This document shows, piece after piece, positions 1 to 12,385 of a stretch of 64,000 nucleotides of DNA. The notes beneath the pieces are model-generated. The model searched no databases. It was not told where the DNA came from and was given only the letters and a program-made list of their open reading frames with translations. Every line of letters starts with the position of its first letter. The stretch's first letter is position 1. Both the position numbers and the translations under genes were made by a program. This stretch comes from Rhina ancylostomus (Eukaryota), in contig JARFYF010000094.1 of assembly GCA_030265395.1 (NCBI GenBank), positions 67,100,273 to 67,164,272 of the forward strand, read 5' to 3'.

Positions 1-2388
1 TAGTTTTATTCAGCTGTTAGTATTATTTTCCAAGCCTTTTAATTTCTGCCTCAAAGATCATGTGACAGGCCTTACTGCTCCTTGACACTACGAAGTTGTG
101 TATTACTCAGAAGAATTAATAACTTCTTTCAAAATTTCAGTTTAGCTAATTTAGCACACTGACTACTAATCTGTTACAAAAATGGCAACAAATAGTCAAT
201 ACCAGAAGCCAATGTGAACTACACTGATATTTAAATAAGAGCAACAGTAAGCATTTCAGGTTACAAGACCACAGAGGAAACACAAATGAGTGGCTTGGGA
301 TTTGGGCAGTGAATAATAGGAGTATATTCTCTGATGCTCTGCTGAGCTGAAAGTATATAGAATATTCATTACAATATACAGCAGGTGGTCTGATAGCAGA
401 TGAGGGCTCAGAAGTGATGGGGATGTATCAGCGCACGCTTTTTCCAGATAACCAGAGCTTCAAGAACAGATTATTGAGGTAAGGAGGGAAGATGGACAAT
501 TGTTTGAAAATGAACTGGCTAATCTTAGATAGAAGTGAAAACATCAAGATATATTCCTGCAGATGGACTACACAATGAAGTAAAGAATAATGATATGACA
601 AGGAATCAAACATGACAAAGAGACCAAGGAGCTATCAAGCCACCGATGACACAAGTCACTGTTTTCATGAGAGGGGCAAAAGATTGGAATTTAAACAGAA
701 TTTCAAAAAGATGCACAATGTTGGACATTAATGAGATGTTGACAGACCAGTGCAAATATTAGATATGGGATGATGGCTGGCGTGGATGGATGTTATGATG
801 CTTAGGGTTAAGTGGAAGAGGCAGAGTAGCTAACCAAAGCAGTTACAAAATATGTTTGNNNNNNNNNNNNNNNNNNNNNNNAGGAATGAGAACTGAATGG
901 CCAAGCACAGAAGGGTTGAAGGATCATGGAAGCAAGAGAGAGGTCTCAACGGCTGGAGCCTTTACAAGGTTGGATAGAAAACTACAAAAAGGGGTCTTGG
1001 GTTACAGAAGAACTACAGAAAACTTGTGGTTCATCAATGAACACCATAAGTGTGGCCACTTTGAGAGTTAATCTATCAGCCTGTAATGTGATACAGGACT
1101 CTGAAATATTAATGCAACTAAGAGTGAAAGTAGAAATATCAGCATGTCCTGGGTATGCATTAACTATGATAGTCTACATCTATATCTGATGATTGCAAGC
1201 TCCAAGCCATATTTTGCTCCCTCATCATAGGCATACACATGGAGGTACATGAAAAATATTTTAAAAGTGATGCAGTTTTATTTGTTCAAGATACATCTAT
1301 TAAGAAACTAGTCGAAAGATCATTTACCATTCACAGTAGAAGCTTCGCCTGCACCCAAATTACCCACTAATTGCATCTACGAACACAGAAACTAATTATT
1401 ACGGACGCTAGAAATGCAAAATAGAAAGAGATGGAAATGCTCAGCAGCTCAGGAAGAATCTATGGAAAGGGAAACAGTTTGTTTTAAATTGACTGCCTTT
1501 AATTAAAACATTAAATCACATAATTATCTGTAACTTCTGATAAAAAGGTACTCAACCTAAAACTTCACTAGTTTTCTATACACACATTTTGCCTGACCTG
1601 CTGAGTAAATATTCATTTCCTGTTTTTTTTTAATTTTATTTACTGTCTTGGAGCCTTTGACCCTGAAGCAAGAAAGACTAAGATAAAATGATCATGTTAC
1701 CTAAACAGGATACTGCCAATGTGGCAAGGTAGTTATGAACTGCAACATAATTTGCATACCAGCTATGTTTCTTTAGTTATGGTAGTATCCTGCTACCAAT
1801 TTCTGTGACAACCTTGAGTCAAGAATACCCCTCTCATATTACCTTAATCAATTGATTTAACTACTGAAGTTTTTGTTTGAGAGAAAGGAGTTTAGCTCCC
1901 ACTTCCAAAACAGTTAATTAGAAGCTTGAGGTGGAAAAAAAATGCAGTAGACAATTTAGGCTCAAATTAGAAGCCAAGTGAGTGAAAAACTTTTATAGAA
2001 TAGGTAATGTTTGTGATAAAGGTCTATGAATTTTTCTCAGTATTCCTTTCCTTGATCGGCATGGAATTATGAGTGCAAAAGAATTTTTTCTTTGAAAGTT
2101 GCAACTAATCAATTTGAAGTTGAGAACTGAGTTAGTTACACACTATATAGAGCTGAATAGCACAAGACTCCAAAGATATCATGCTGGCACAAAAGAGCTC
2201 TGCTCATGCACCCAAGTATAAAGCTAGAGCACCGTGCTTGAGGTGAACAGGTGCTATTCTCATGAGTCAGTTTTCTGCAGTTTCACACATTCAATGCAAA
2301 TGATAGCCATTGAGCCTTTAAAGTTCCTTATTGAATATTTATATCTGGTGTCTCATGCTATAGCCAGCTTATGTTGGTCGGAGTGCAA

Positions 2389-2449
2389 AGAAACAACAGG
2401 TAGAAACAACAGGTAGAAACAACAGGTAGAAACAACAGGTAGAAACAAC
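2389..2449. repeat. 13-bp tandem repeat (AGAAACAACAGGT) x about 4.7
   Basis: Four perfect units plus a partial fifth, read directly. Confidence 0.95.
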
Positions 2450-4865
2450 TCTTAAATAGGAACACCCAAGCTGTACCACATTAATATTATAGTGCAATAG
2501 AAACCCAGAACATCCCCAAACCTCAGAAAAATCCAAAGGAATGCATACTACAAAATTATAGCAATACATTATCATTTGATAATCTGGAGGCAGGAAATAT
2601 TGGAATTCAACTTCAGTAGCTGAATTCTGTGCCTATACCCAAGACTCTGATACGTCTCTTGCACTCCTGGAGTGAACACAAGAAAAAGTTGGCTAACTAA
2701 CACACAACTTCTCTCTTATCTCAAACCTCTCATACCATCATAAACATGTTTGTATATTTTTGTTGTTAACATTCCATCTTATATCCTAGCCTCCTGCTGC
2801 CACATGTTCTACTGATGTGCCAAAACCAAGTAGGTTTGGGAAATTATCAAGATGAATTTAGCCAATTTTATTTACTATACAAATATGACAGTAAATTAGA
2901 AGAGCCTTCTGGGAGAGATTAGATAGTAACATGGCTCAGTTTAAGGGTTAGCTAACTCACAAATAATTTGGAGGTTACTAAGGGTATCAATAGTAAGATT
3001 TAGTTGCTAAAAACATCTTTCTGCATATGTCCTCATAATTGAAGTGTGAACTACACAATACTGCTTCAAAACTTAATTTCTTTGCAAGAATTCTAATAAA
3101 ATTCATAAATCTAACTGCATACCCACACAATGTGACCCATAATTTTCTCAGGATCCATTCCCTTTTTTTTACTACTTGGCACTTTCCCCTCTCAGTAACT
3201 AAATTTCTAATGCACAAATTGGAGATTTAACTAACAATACAAAAATATACTTCTCTATAGCAACTGAATTTTGTGCATCTTTTAATGATACTTTTATCTG
3301 TGGCCTGAATTTATTAACTGAATTTACTTTTGTAACTTAGTAATTTTTACATCTTTATGTTTTATGTCTATGTCTTGCACATTACTGCTGTTGCAAAACA
3401 ACAAATTTCACGACATATGTCAGTGATAATAAACCGGACTTTGATTCAGCCTCTTTCAGAAAGATGGGCAGTGGACCTAATGTTCCAGTAAGCACTAGTA
3501 ACAGTCGGCAACACCAAGGAATGTTTTCTTTAACCACCATGTACTAATTTATCTTTCAAAATGATTTGAAAATCTAGAAAAACAACTTGAACATCTTTAA
3601 AACTAATAACAACCTTAAAAAATTAAAAATGTGTATGCTTGTGAAGATACTACAGATTAAACTAGTAGCTTATTTTATATTATTCACCACCCCAGAAAAA
3701 TTATGCCTGGAACACCTTCCTCGTGTTCAATTTAGCAGCTCATTTAAAAGCACATGTTCAAGTCAACAAGCACTATCATGTCATTTGGCAGCAATGGCAT
3801 GAAACATGTTTTAGTTACCTAGATAACAGGCTTCAGATACTTCCTATAAATTAAAAATAGAGGAAAATTTATTTCAAGTTTTCACAATAAGAATGAGCTT
3901 TTAAGACAAGAATAATTTTTAAGAGGTCCAAAATATAACTGGTCTTAGAAAATATATTTAAATGAATTGTATGGATTTCTTTCATAAGGCTTCCCATTAT
4001 TCTCACAGCTAAAAAAGCCTTCAAATAATTTCAGAATTATATCACTATGGATGGAATAAATTTTTTCCTCAACACAACCTGCCACACATCCATGTTCTAT
4101 TTTTCACACCCAACCCCTTGATACCCTATCCTCTCCTTTACTTTTTATTACATATCTATCTGTGGTAAGTAATAATAATTATAACTTGAAGGCTGTATTT
4201 AATCTTAATTTTAAGTGTGACAAAGGAATAGACTGAAGAAAAAAAGGTGGGATTGATAACTCCAGAATTCAGAATACGTCATATCTGCAGTATCTGCACT
4301 TTCATCCAATTATTTCTCCACTCTACAACTGCTTCAGATGAACAGCAAACTCCTGCGGTCTCCAGGTTCCGGGAATAAATTCCAAAAAAATCTATGATTG
4401 TTAAAAGATCATTCAGCCAAACTGAATGTTACATCAACACTCTACATTATAAATCACTAAGCCCACATGTATTATGTAAATAACACGTGCAGAGGCATGA
4501 CCAAGAGCAAGAAGGTGGAACTGGCAGGATATTAACATTTTTTATAGCAACTTATAATGGAAATATAAAAATAAGCACTGACTGTAACTTTAAAATGGCA
4601 GTTTGAATTATTTCTACTTGCCTGCACCTGTATCACTATCTTTTATTGCCACTCAGAAAACAACACTTAGTATGGACGCCCACTCAAATGCTACTGAAAT
4701 GCAAGTAATTTATAAGTAATAGTTGCACTACTCAGTGGACAAAAAAGTAGTAACTCGAAATTTATTGGCTGGCATTTCTAAATCCTTTCCATTACGAACA
4801 AGGTTTCAAAGCCAGGATACATAAATCTTACATGTTACAAACTTCTGTGATCTTTTAACATATAC

Positions 4866-5025
4866 CTTGTATTTCTCCTTGTGGATCTTTATAAAACCAC
4901 TTCATAGCAGCTTCATGAGACAATGGCAAGGTAGCAGCTTTAGTCCGTTGCTCTTGAATTTGTGTTGATAGCCTTTCCTCATCTATGGCATTGTCCTGCA
5001 AAGATGCTACCATCTTTTCTGCTTC
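4866..5025 (-). CDS. GIGYF2: GIGYF2 coding exon 12 (EAEKMVASLQDNAIDEERLSTQIQEQRTKAATLPLSHEAAMKWFYKDPQGEIQ); start of GYF domain; gene continues beyond position 1
   Basis: 160 nt, CTCCTGTTCAG| acceptor, AAG|GTATA donor. WFYKDPQGEIQG is the canonical GYF-domain start. The next exon (WFQAGYF) was not found in 1-4865. Confidence 0.96.
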
Positions 5026-5544
5026 CTGAACAGGAGAGATAAGATTTCTTTATTAGTCACATGTACATCGAAACACACAGTGAAATGCATCTTTTGTGTA
5101 GAATGTTGCANNNNNNNNNNNNNNNNNNNNNNNNNNNNNNNNNNNNNNNNNNNNNNNNNNNNNNNNNNNNNNNNNNNNNNNNNNNNNNNNNNNNNNNNNN
5201 NNNNNNNNNNCTTTATTAGTCACATGTACATCGAAACACACAGTGAAATGCATCTTTTGTGTAGAATGTTGCATGCAAGATGCAATCCAGTTACATAAAC
5301 CTAAATTGATATATACATTTCCATTTCCTCAAATTTGGACTGCCCCAACTACCTTTCACCAAAAATTTTCACAAACACCAATTTTCTGTCCATCTTCAAT
5401 AGTCCAATTTTAAATCTCAAGTCAAGCCAGTTAATCACCACATATTTTAAAGTATTCTTTAAGGCTCATAACTGCCAGACAAAATGCATTAAAAAAATTG
5501 GAACATATGTAAAATTAATACATTTTTACCAATGACACCTAAAG

Positions 5545-6570
5545 GATTTGATGTCAAGCCACTTAAGAAATAATATGATTGTGTAGAGTCAACATACTTT
5601 TATAAAAGGGATATCATGTTTGATTAATCTACTGGATTTCGTTGAAGGTATATCTAGCAGGAGGAACCAGTGTATTTGAATTTTCAGAAGGTGCTACACA
5701 GAAGGTTGGTGAACAAGATTACAGCACAAGGTATTAGGGCTAACACAGGAGCATAGATTGAAAGTTAGTAACAGAAAACAGAAGCAATAATGAGTCTACC
5801 TCAAGTTGAGCAGCATTGACTAGTGTGGTAGTGCAGGAATCAGTTGTAATATAATGTGCAAAAATGCTGAATATTTTTTAAATGGTGAGATATTGGGAAA
5901 AGCAGGAGTTTAAAATGGATCTGAATGCCCTTGTACACAAGTTAATGAAAGCTAGCATGCAGTTGAGGCAGACAATTATAATGGCAAATGGCATAATAAC
6001 CTTTATTTGAGTGTATGAGTACGAGAGTAACAATTATATAGTGCCCTAGGCAAGACAACATCTGAAGTGTTATAATTTTGCATTCTTTGTATTTGTTATA
6101 AGAATGCAGTTATGATTCACCTGACTAGTTCCTGGGATAGTGAATATGTCACATGAGGAGACATTGAGTACACAAGGTCTCTATTCTCTAGAGCTTTGAA
6201 TGGAAGATGACCTCATTACAATGTACAATAGTCTTCAGAGGACTCGGCAGGATAGATGCAATGAGGACATCTCTCCTGGCTGAGGAATCTAGAACTAGAG
6301 ATCATGATTTGAAAGGGGTAGGCCATTTGGGACTGAAATGAGTGGAAATTTCTTCAAAGAGTGGTGAATCTTTGAAATTCTCCACCCCAGAGAGCTTGAG
6401 GCACAATCATTCACTGTTTTCTGAAATGAAATTAATAGATTTAGGGATACCAAAGTAATCAAAGGAGATGAGGCTGGAAAATGGTATCTGAGGTAGATAA
6501 CTATGAACTTGTTGAATGGCATAGCAGGCTTGAGGGTATCATTGGCCTATTCTTACTCTTATTTCTTATA
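5545..6570 (+). mobile_element. Decayed CR1-type LINE, RT region to 3' end
   Basis: Remnants resembling SQHGF-KG-SCLTNLL-FFE and YL-F-KAFD. The 3' end GCAGGCTTGAGGG...TGGCCTATTCTTACTCTTATTTCTTAT is typical of fish CR1. Many stops. Confidence 0.75.
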
Positions 6571-6724
6571 TTACCAATGACTCTGTACAAGCAAATAAGC
6601 AATTTTTCGTTTACAGAATGGGATATACAATAAAAAGAATTTAAATTTTGACATTGATTTTCAGATATCATTATGGGATAAAAGGGCAAGTAATTCCTAA
6701 TTTATTATTCCCACTATCAAATAC

Positions 6725-6897
6725 CTGTTCAAGGTGTTTAAGCCCTTCATCATCATCAGTGTCCTGAGGTATGGTATGGTTTGCAATGGTTGAAGTTGTC
6801 GATGAGGGAGACACTGAAGATATATCAGCAGCAGGAGGAGAGCCATTACTAGGCAAAGCTGGAGACTTCTGGTTTGAAGATGCTGAGGTTTCCATCG
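6725..6897 (-). CDS. GIGYF2: GIGYF2 coding exon 11 (AMETSASS...PQDTDDDEGLKHLEQ)
   Basis: 173 nt, CTCTTGTTCTAG| acceptor, CAG|GTATTT donor. DDEGLKHLEQ is a conserved GIGYF motif. Confidence 0.93.
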
Positions 6898-8407
6898 CTA
6901 GAACAAGAGTAACAATAAGAGACAGGTTAATTAAGCAACCTTAAAATAAGTAACTTCATAATTTTATTTCTTTGACCCCTCTTGCCAAACATTCCTAAAG
7001 GACGAGCAGGATGAATTGAAGCAAATGGGTTAGAAAATATGCAAAGATCAGAAAAAAAAATCTCAAAGGACAAGAGATCATTAGACTGATCAGCCAAACG
7101 TAGATTTCTACAAAGCCTTGCAATTCTTTATCCAATTCATTTTAAAAATCTCTGCAGATTCAGCTTCTATCCTTTCAGGCAGTGTAAAAGAAAGTTCTTG
7201 TGCAAAGGAAGTTCTCATCTCACCTCTATCAATTAGATTAGATTTTCAGTGTTTTGCAAAAAGGCTATTTCCAAGGTTGCAAACTAACATGCCATGATGG
7301 TGCACCTACTCTGTATGCCCAGTGAACAGGAAGTAAAAAGTGTTCAACCTTTCCATTCTAGTTAAAATAAAATCTAAACTTTAGGTTAGAAAGTTTACTT
7401 TCATTTTAATTGTTAAATGATTTTTGGTTAATCATAATTAATGTTTACATTTAGCTTTCTAAAAGTTCATTAGCAATGACCAAGATGCTGGACACCACTG
7501 GAATTGACGTAATTTAAGTAGATCCAAAGCATTACACCACTAAGTTTCATTCATCTCTTTTAAACAATAATCATGTGCCCATTCATAAGACAAATAAATC
7601 AATTGCGAGAAATTATACCAGAAAGTGTTCCCTTAATGAAAGTGTCTGTCCTAAAACATCATTCATCATTATATAAATTCCCGTGTTGGTCAATATACAT
7701 GAAACAGCTCACAATTCTGAACAGTCTGACTCCAGTGACGAACAGCTGCTTTGTTGTTTGAAATTAGACATGAAAAAATTCAAAAGGTATCAGGGATGAG
7801 GTGGTAAAGTAGGTGGTGTGAAAGGAATTCTCATGCTTCAGTGGTTATGTCCTGACTACCAAAAGTTTGGCATTACAACAAATGCATGTAACAGATAAAT
7901 GAAATGAGAAGGCAACACAAAAGCATTGGACATGGAATGTGAAGAATTTTGTAAAATGCGTATGAATACACTTCTACTTTCAAACTGATTTATGACCACA
8001 TATTGGTATATCCTTAAAAAGTCTTTGGAATTAAAATCATAAATCTATCTCGTATAGAATTAAAAGTAATGAATATCTATTGCATTTAATGATTTGAAAA
8101 ACACATCTCAAGTTTCTAATTCAAGACTACATGATGCTATGAATTACAGCTCACATTTAATGATCTGTTTTATCTGAAGGACCACTTCAGAACAACTTTC
8201 TTCCTGATTGTAGTACTTCTATATCATGTATATCTTTTGAAATAAGAGATACTCTCTCAGAAAATCATTACGAGAGAAAAAAATAAAGTAACTTAATTTA
8301 TACATAATCTCTTTTATTCTAAATCTCTTAAACATCAGAATACTAGGATGAACAGGTGTTCTCTAATGCTTCAAAACCTTTATACATTTTACATACAGGG
8401 GCATTAC

Positions 8408-8566
8408 CTTCAGGGGCAGATTTGCTTTGTTGTGCATCCTCACTTTTTTCTGATTTGTTTTCTTCCTTTTTGGGTGGGCTGGAAACCATTGGTATCTGTG
8501 GGTCTGTAGGAGGAGTTGGTGAAGTTGCACAGGGAACTTCTTTGGACTCTTCCATTTTGTTTGTTT
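8408..8566 (-). CDS. GIGYF2: GIGYF2 coding exon 10 (ETNKMEESKEVPCATSPTPPTDPQIPMVSSPPKKEENKSEKSEDAQQSKSAPE), low-complexity linker
   Basis: 159 nt, TTTTACAG| acceptor, AAG|GTAATG donor. Phase 1-1 fits both neighbours. Confidence 0.85.
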
Positions 8567-9239
8567 CTGTAAAATCAAATAATAAGCAACCCATAGCGTA
8601 CAGTAAACAGTCTCAATTCAGAAAGAAGTTTCATAAAATAGGGTTCTGATTTCACACTATACTTTCCTGCGCTATGAATACTCTGAAGATAATTGACTTA
8701 AAATCTCTCCAACATTATCTTTTTATGCAGCTTCTGCAAGTCCAATAGATCCAGTTACATAAATGGACTACTTTTTCCAGTGAAAGGGACCAAATAATAT
8801 ACAGTCAGTGCTCTTGTAGTATAATTTGAGATCATCTCATCAAATCTTTCTCAGTAATTCAAAGAAACCAGTGAGTTCTTTTGGCATACTGATCTGGAAA
8901 ATCTGTGGCTCAAGGCAATCTGTGGCTAATTATCTTTTGTTATACAAATTAGTATGAAAAAGGCCACTGCACTCCAGAGGACATGGCCAGTAGTATGCAT
9001 GTGAAGATAATGGTTAAGAGTTAAATTAGCCTAATTGCAATATGAAGGTTACTTTGGCTAGTCTACCTGTGAAAATATCCCCAAATCTAGATATTGAAGC
9101 TTATATCTTTATGAAGGAAGTGCAAGAAAAGGGTATAATAGAAAACTGACAAGAAAATCAATTAAAAAAACTTGTGGGTCATATCTCATTATCCTGCAGC
9201 TGAAATTATCACAGCCAAATAGAACAATTGATAATGTAC

Positions 9240-9381
9240 CTTCATCAGTCTCTTTTTTGGTGTTCTTGTCAGGTTCCTTAGCTTCTTTTTCACTTTCCTC
9301 TGAGTTTGATCTTTCTCCTCCATCCTCTATCTGCTTAAAATCTAATTCCTGTTCCTCTGGAATAGGTTCTTTGGGAGTCTT
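9240..9381 (-). CDS. GIGYF2: GIGYF2 coding exon 9 (KTPKEPIPEEQELDFKQIEDGGERSNSEESEKEAKEPDKNTKKETDE)
   Basis: 142 nt, CTTTATAG| acceptor, AAG|GTACAT donor, phase 0-1. KEPIPEEQE-DF motif. Confidence 0.93.
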
Positions 9382-10290
9382 CTATAAAGCAGTAAGGTAA
9401 AGAATATATGCAGCTAAAAACTTGTTAACAATTAAAATACATGAATAAAACAAAATAAAGAAATTAAATGTTGACAGAATTATATTGCACAGAAGATTTA
9501 GAAATCCACTTATTAATCTGCTACGAACATTCTCACTTGAAGAGTCAGTTCTGATCAGAGGCAGGACTACTATATCAAAGTGACAAAGTTGCATGTATGA
9601 GTCCATCTTAGGAAAGTTAGGCACTTACTCCAGACTGAAAGTCATGCGAGATCGTTTTTGGGCCATCTTGCAGATGAGATATTAATCAAGGGACCATCTA
9701 TCTTCACAAGTAAATGCAAATTCAGATGAGAGCCATCACAAAATTATGCCCAATTTATCTCAGAACAGGCTGGTGTGTAACCTTGCCAATTCACCAATAC
9801 CCTTCAAGAAATGGATCTGCAATCCTTATCTAGTTTGACCTATTCCAATATGCAACTTCAAGCTCACACCAATGTGGCTAGTGCTTATCTACCAGCTGAA
9901 TTGTCCAGCAAATCTCATGAATTTCAACCTAATTTCAGTGTTCAAAAAGATGGTTTCTGAATACTTTCCCATCCAATAATTTCCACTTTTCCAGAATCCA
10001 TGAAGTCCAAAGAACATAAAATGTTTGGTGCAATCTATTCAGGTTGTTTTGCAATTTGGCATCTTGATTGTTGATCTGACATGCCCCATCTCAATAATCA
10101 CTTCTCCAATCACTTGCCTCCTGTAACTATAATATTAATTGCAACTCTCACCAAGTTTCAACATCTCTTCACCCATGATCATCCCTATTCGAGTCTCAGA
10201 TAGCAAAGTACCCTTTTATTTTATCAATGGAATGCAGGCAAGGCTAAAATTTTAAACTAATTCACCTTGCTCTCAAAAGTGAAGTAACAA

Positions 10291-10562
10291 GAGCAGCTCA
10301 GTGGTGCAGTGAGTAGAGGTGCTGCCTCATAGCTCCAGAAACCTTGGTTCAATCCTGATTTCCAGTTCTGCAAGTGTGGAGTTTAAAGTGTTCCTGCAAT
10401 GACCATGCTGGTTTCCTTTAGATGCTCCAGTTTTCTCCCACATCTCAAAGCTGGTAGGTTATTTTGGCCACTATAAAATGCCCCTAGTGCGTAGATGAGT
10501 TGTAGAATCTAGAGATGAACTTGAGGAGAATAAATTGGGTCTTGTGTAGGATTAGAGTAAAG
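10291..10562 (+). mobile_element. tRNA-derived SINE (V-SINE/HE1-like)
   Basis: A-box-like GTGGTGCAGTGAG, B-box GGTTCAATCC (10346-10355), body TGTGGAGTTT...CTCCAGTTTTCTCCCACATCTCAAAG. Multiple related copies in the window. Confidence 0.85.
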
Positions 10563-11104
10563 ATTAGAGAAGAGTTTGACAGGTCAACCTCAACCCAAGA
10601 TTCCAGTACAAATTCCTCAGGGCAGTGACCCAAGCCCAAACATGTTGAGCAAATTTCTCAAATAATTTAAGTTCACTGCAAAGTCATATAAAGTAGTAGT
10701 AATACCTATAATCAACATCCTGGGATGGAGGCATGGAGGGAGAGATGTAGGTCATAATAAACCAGAAACTTAACCAACCAATTAAGTACCAGAGTTCCAA
10801 AAGCAAATCAAAAGGTTAAGTGTTCTGTGGGGAGTGATTCTCTTGATTTCTCTGCCTTTTCACATCTAAAAGGTACAAATCAGATAATGGTCTACTAGCC
10901 CAGATGAATATAGCTCAAGTCACACTCAAAAAGCTTGACAACATGGAGAGAGCATCTTTTACAGCCTTTTCTCAGTAGCAGTGCTAACAAGTCAGAAGGT
11001 TACATATTCAAGGCTCTTTCTAGAGACATAGTGAATGTCCTTTGAGTTCAATACAATACTTGGAAGGTCCATTATTCCACACCCCATTGTCCTATTCATA
11101 GGAT

Positions 11105-11430
11105 CAAAGAGATATATCATGGGAACAGGTCCTTCGACCCATCATCAACCATACATTTTACACTAATCACATTTAATCTCCCCACATTCCCATCAACAGC
11201 CCCCAGATTCCACCTATCACCTACACACTAGGGGAAATTTACAGTGGTCAATTAACCTTCCAACCTACACGTCTTTAGGATGAGAGAGAAAACCTGAGCA
11301 TTTGGGCGAAATCATACAGTCACAGGGAGAACATGCAAACTCCATATATACATCACCCGAGGTCAGATTGAACCTGGCTCTCTGGCACTGCAAGGCAGCG
11401 ACTTGACCAGATGTGCCAATGTGGTGCCCA
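11105..11430 (-). mobile_element. tRNA-derived SINE, same family
   Basis: Reverse-complement match to the 10291 copy (GATTGAACC B-box, TGCAAACTCCA). Confidence 0.85.
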
Positions 11431-12185
11431 TTTTATTCAAGTGAGTGTAAATCCTGCATCACTATTGGGAGAGAGTTGCCTGATGCTTTGGCTAAAATTT
11501 AACTTCAACCTACATTAATAAAAAAAATGATCATTTGTCTCATTTCTACTGTACAATTTGTCTTTGCACAAATTGGCCGCCAAGCCCCACTTCAACAGCA
11601 ACTCCAAAGTACTTAGCCAACAAATGTCCCTTTGCACGTCCCGTAATCACGAGAGGCCTTAATCAATGTCAGCTGCTTCTTATTTTTTACATAAAATACA
11701 TTTTTCAATGTAGTCATCATTTTCCAGTACCAGAACACAAATAAGCATTCATCTAAGAAATAGATAATTAGCCTTAATTACAAGTTCTCCAGATCAGAAA
11801 TGGCAGGTTAACTGCCGCCAACTTTCCATTTGACAACATCTCTCAGCATCTACCTCAAAATTCAACCTATGTACACCATTATGATTTTGTTTTAGGACAG
11901 TTTTTTTTAAGCCTTGTTGAATTAGCCCCAAATCATTTAAATACATTGACTGTAAGTTGATAGAAAAACTGCCTTACTCAGTGTACAATAAAAGTTAGTA
12001 ATCCAGAAGTAATTTTCATCCTCATGTGTGGGCGTAATCAGGCATTAAGTTGTGGATGTTTCAATGAGAACTGCATTATATGGAAGCTAATAAAAATCCA
12101 GATACGGAAACAAGTAACATGAATAACAGTAGCCATCATTCCAGAAAATTCAAAGTTAAAAAATGTGCAATTAGAATTTCCCCAC

Positions 12186-12385
12186 CTTTAAGGACATAAA
12201 TGCGCCTGAAGAATCAAATGTCCCCATCTCTTCATCTGCATCCTCTAGACACCATTCTGGCAAACTGTCCTTTTCGTCATCCACATTACTGCTACCCGAG
12301 CGCACTCGTCTATAACTTCGTTCATCATCTCGATCTCTATAATCAAATTCAAACCGTCTCCTGCGCTCTGTAGCTTCTCTCCAAC
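12186..12385 (-). CDS. GIGYF2: GIGYF2 coding exon 8 (GWREATERRRRFEFDYRDRDDERSYRRVRSGSSNVDDEKDSLPEWCLEDADEEMGTFDSSGAFMSLK); DDX6-binding region
   Basis: 200 nt using the in-frame acceptor TTGTTCTACAG|GT; donor AAG|GTGGGG. PEW and FDSSGAF motifs present. An upstream acceptor at 12402 is out of frame (see findings). Confidence 0.92.

Noticed and set aside
2389-2449. Regularly spaced repeat considered as CRISPR-like
   Set aside because: No unique spacers; it is a simple 13-bp minisatellite in a vertebrate genome.
5048-5273. Identical about 63-bp sequences either side of a 100-N gap
   Set aside because: Typical scaffolding overlap at a young retroelement tail; not evidence of a real tandem repeat or array. 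The same applies at 41130-41277.
10291-10370. tRNA-like sequence with A and B boxes
   Set aside because: It is the head of a multicopy SINE and shows no complete cloverleaf.
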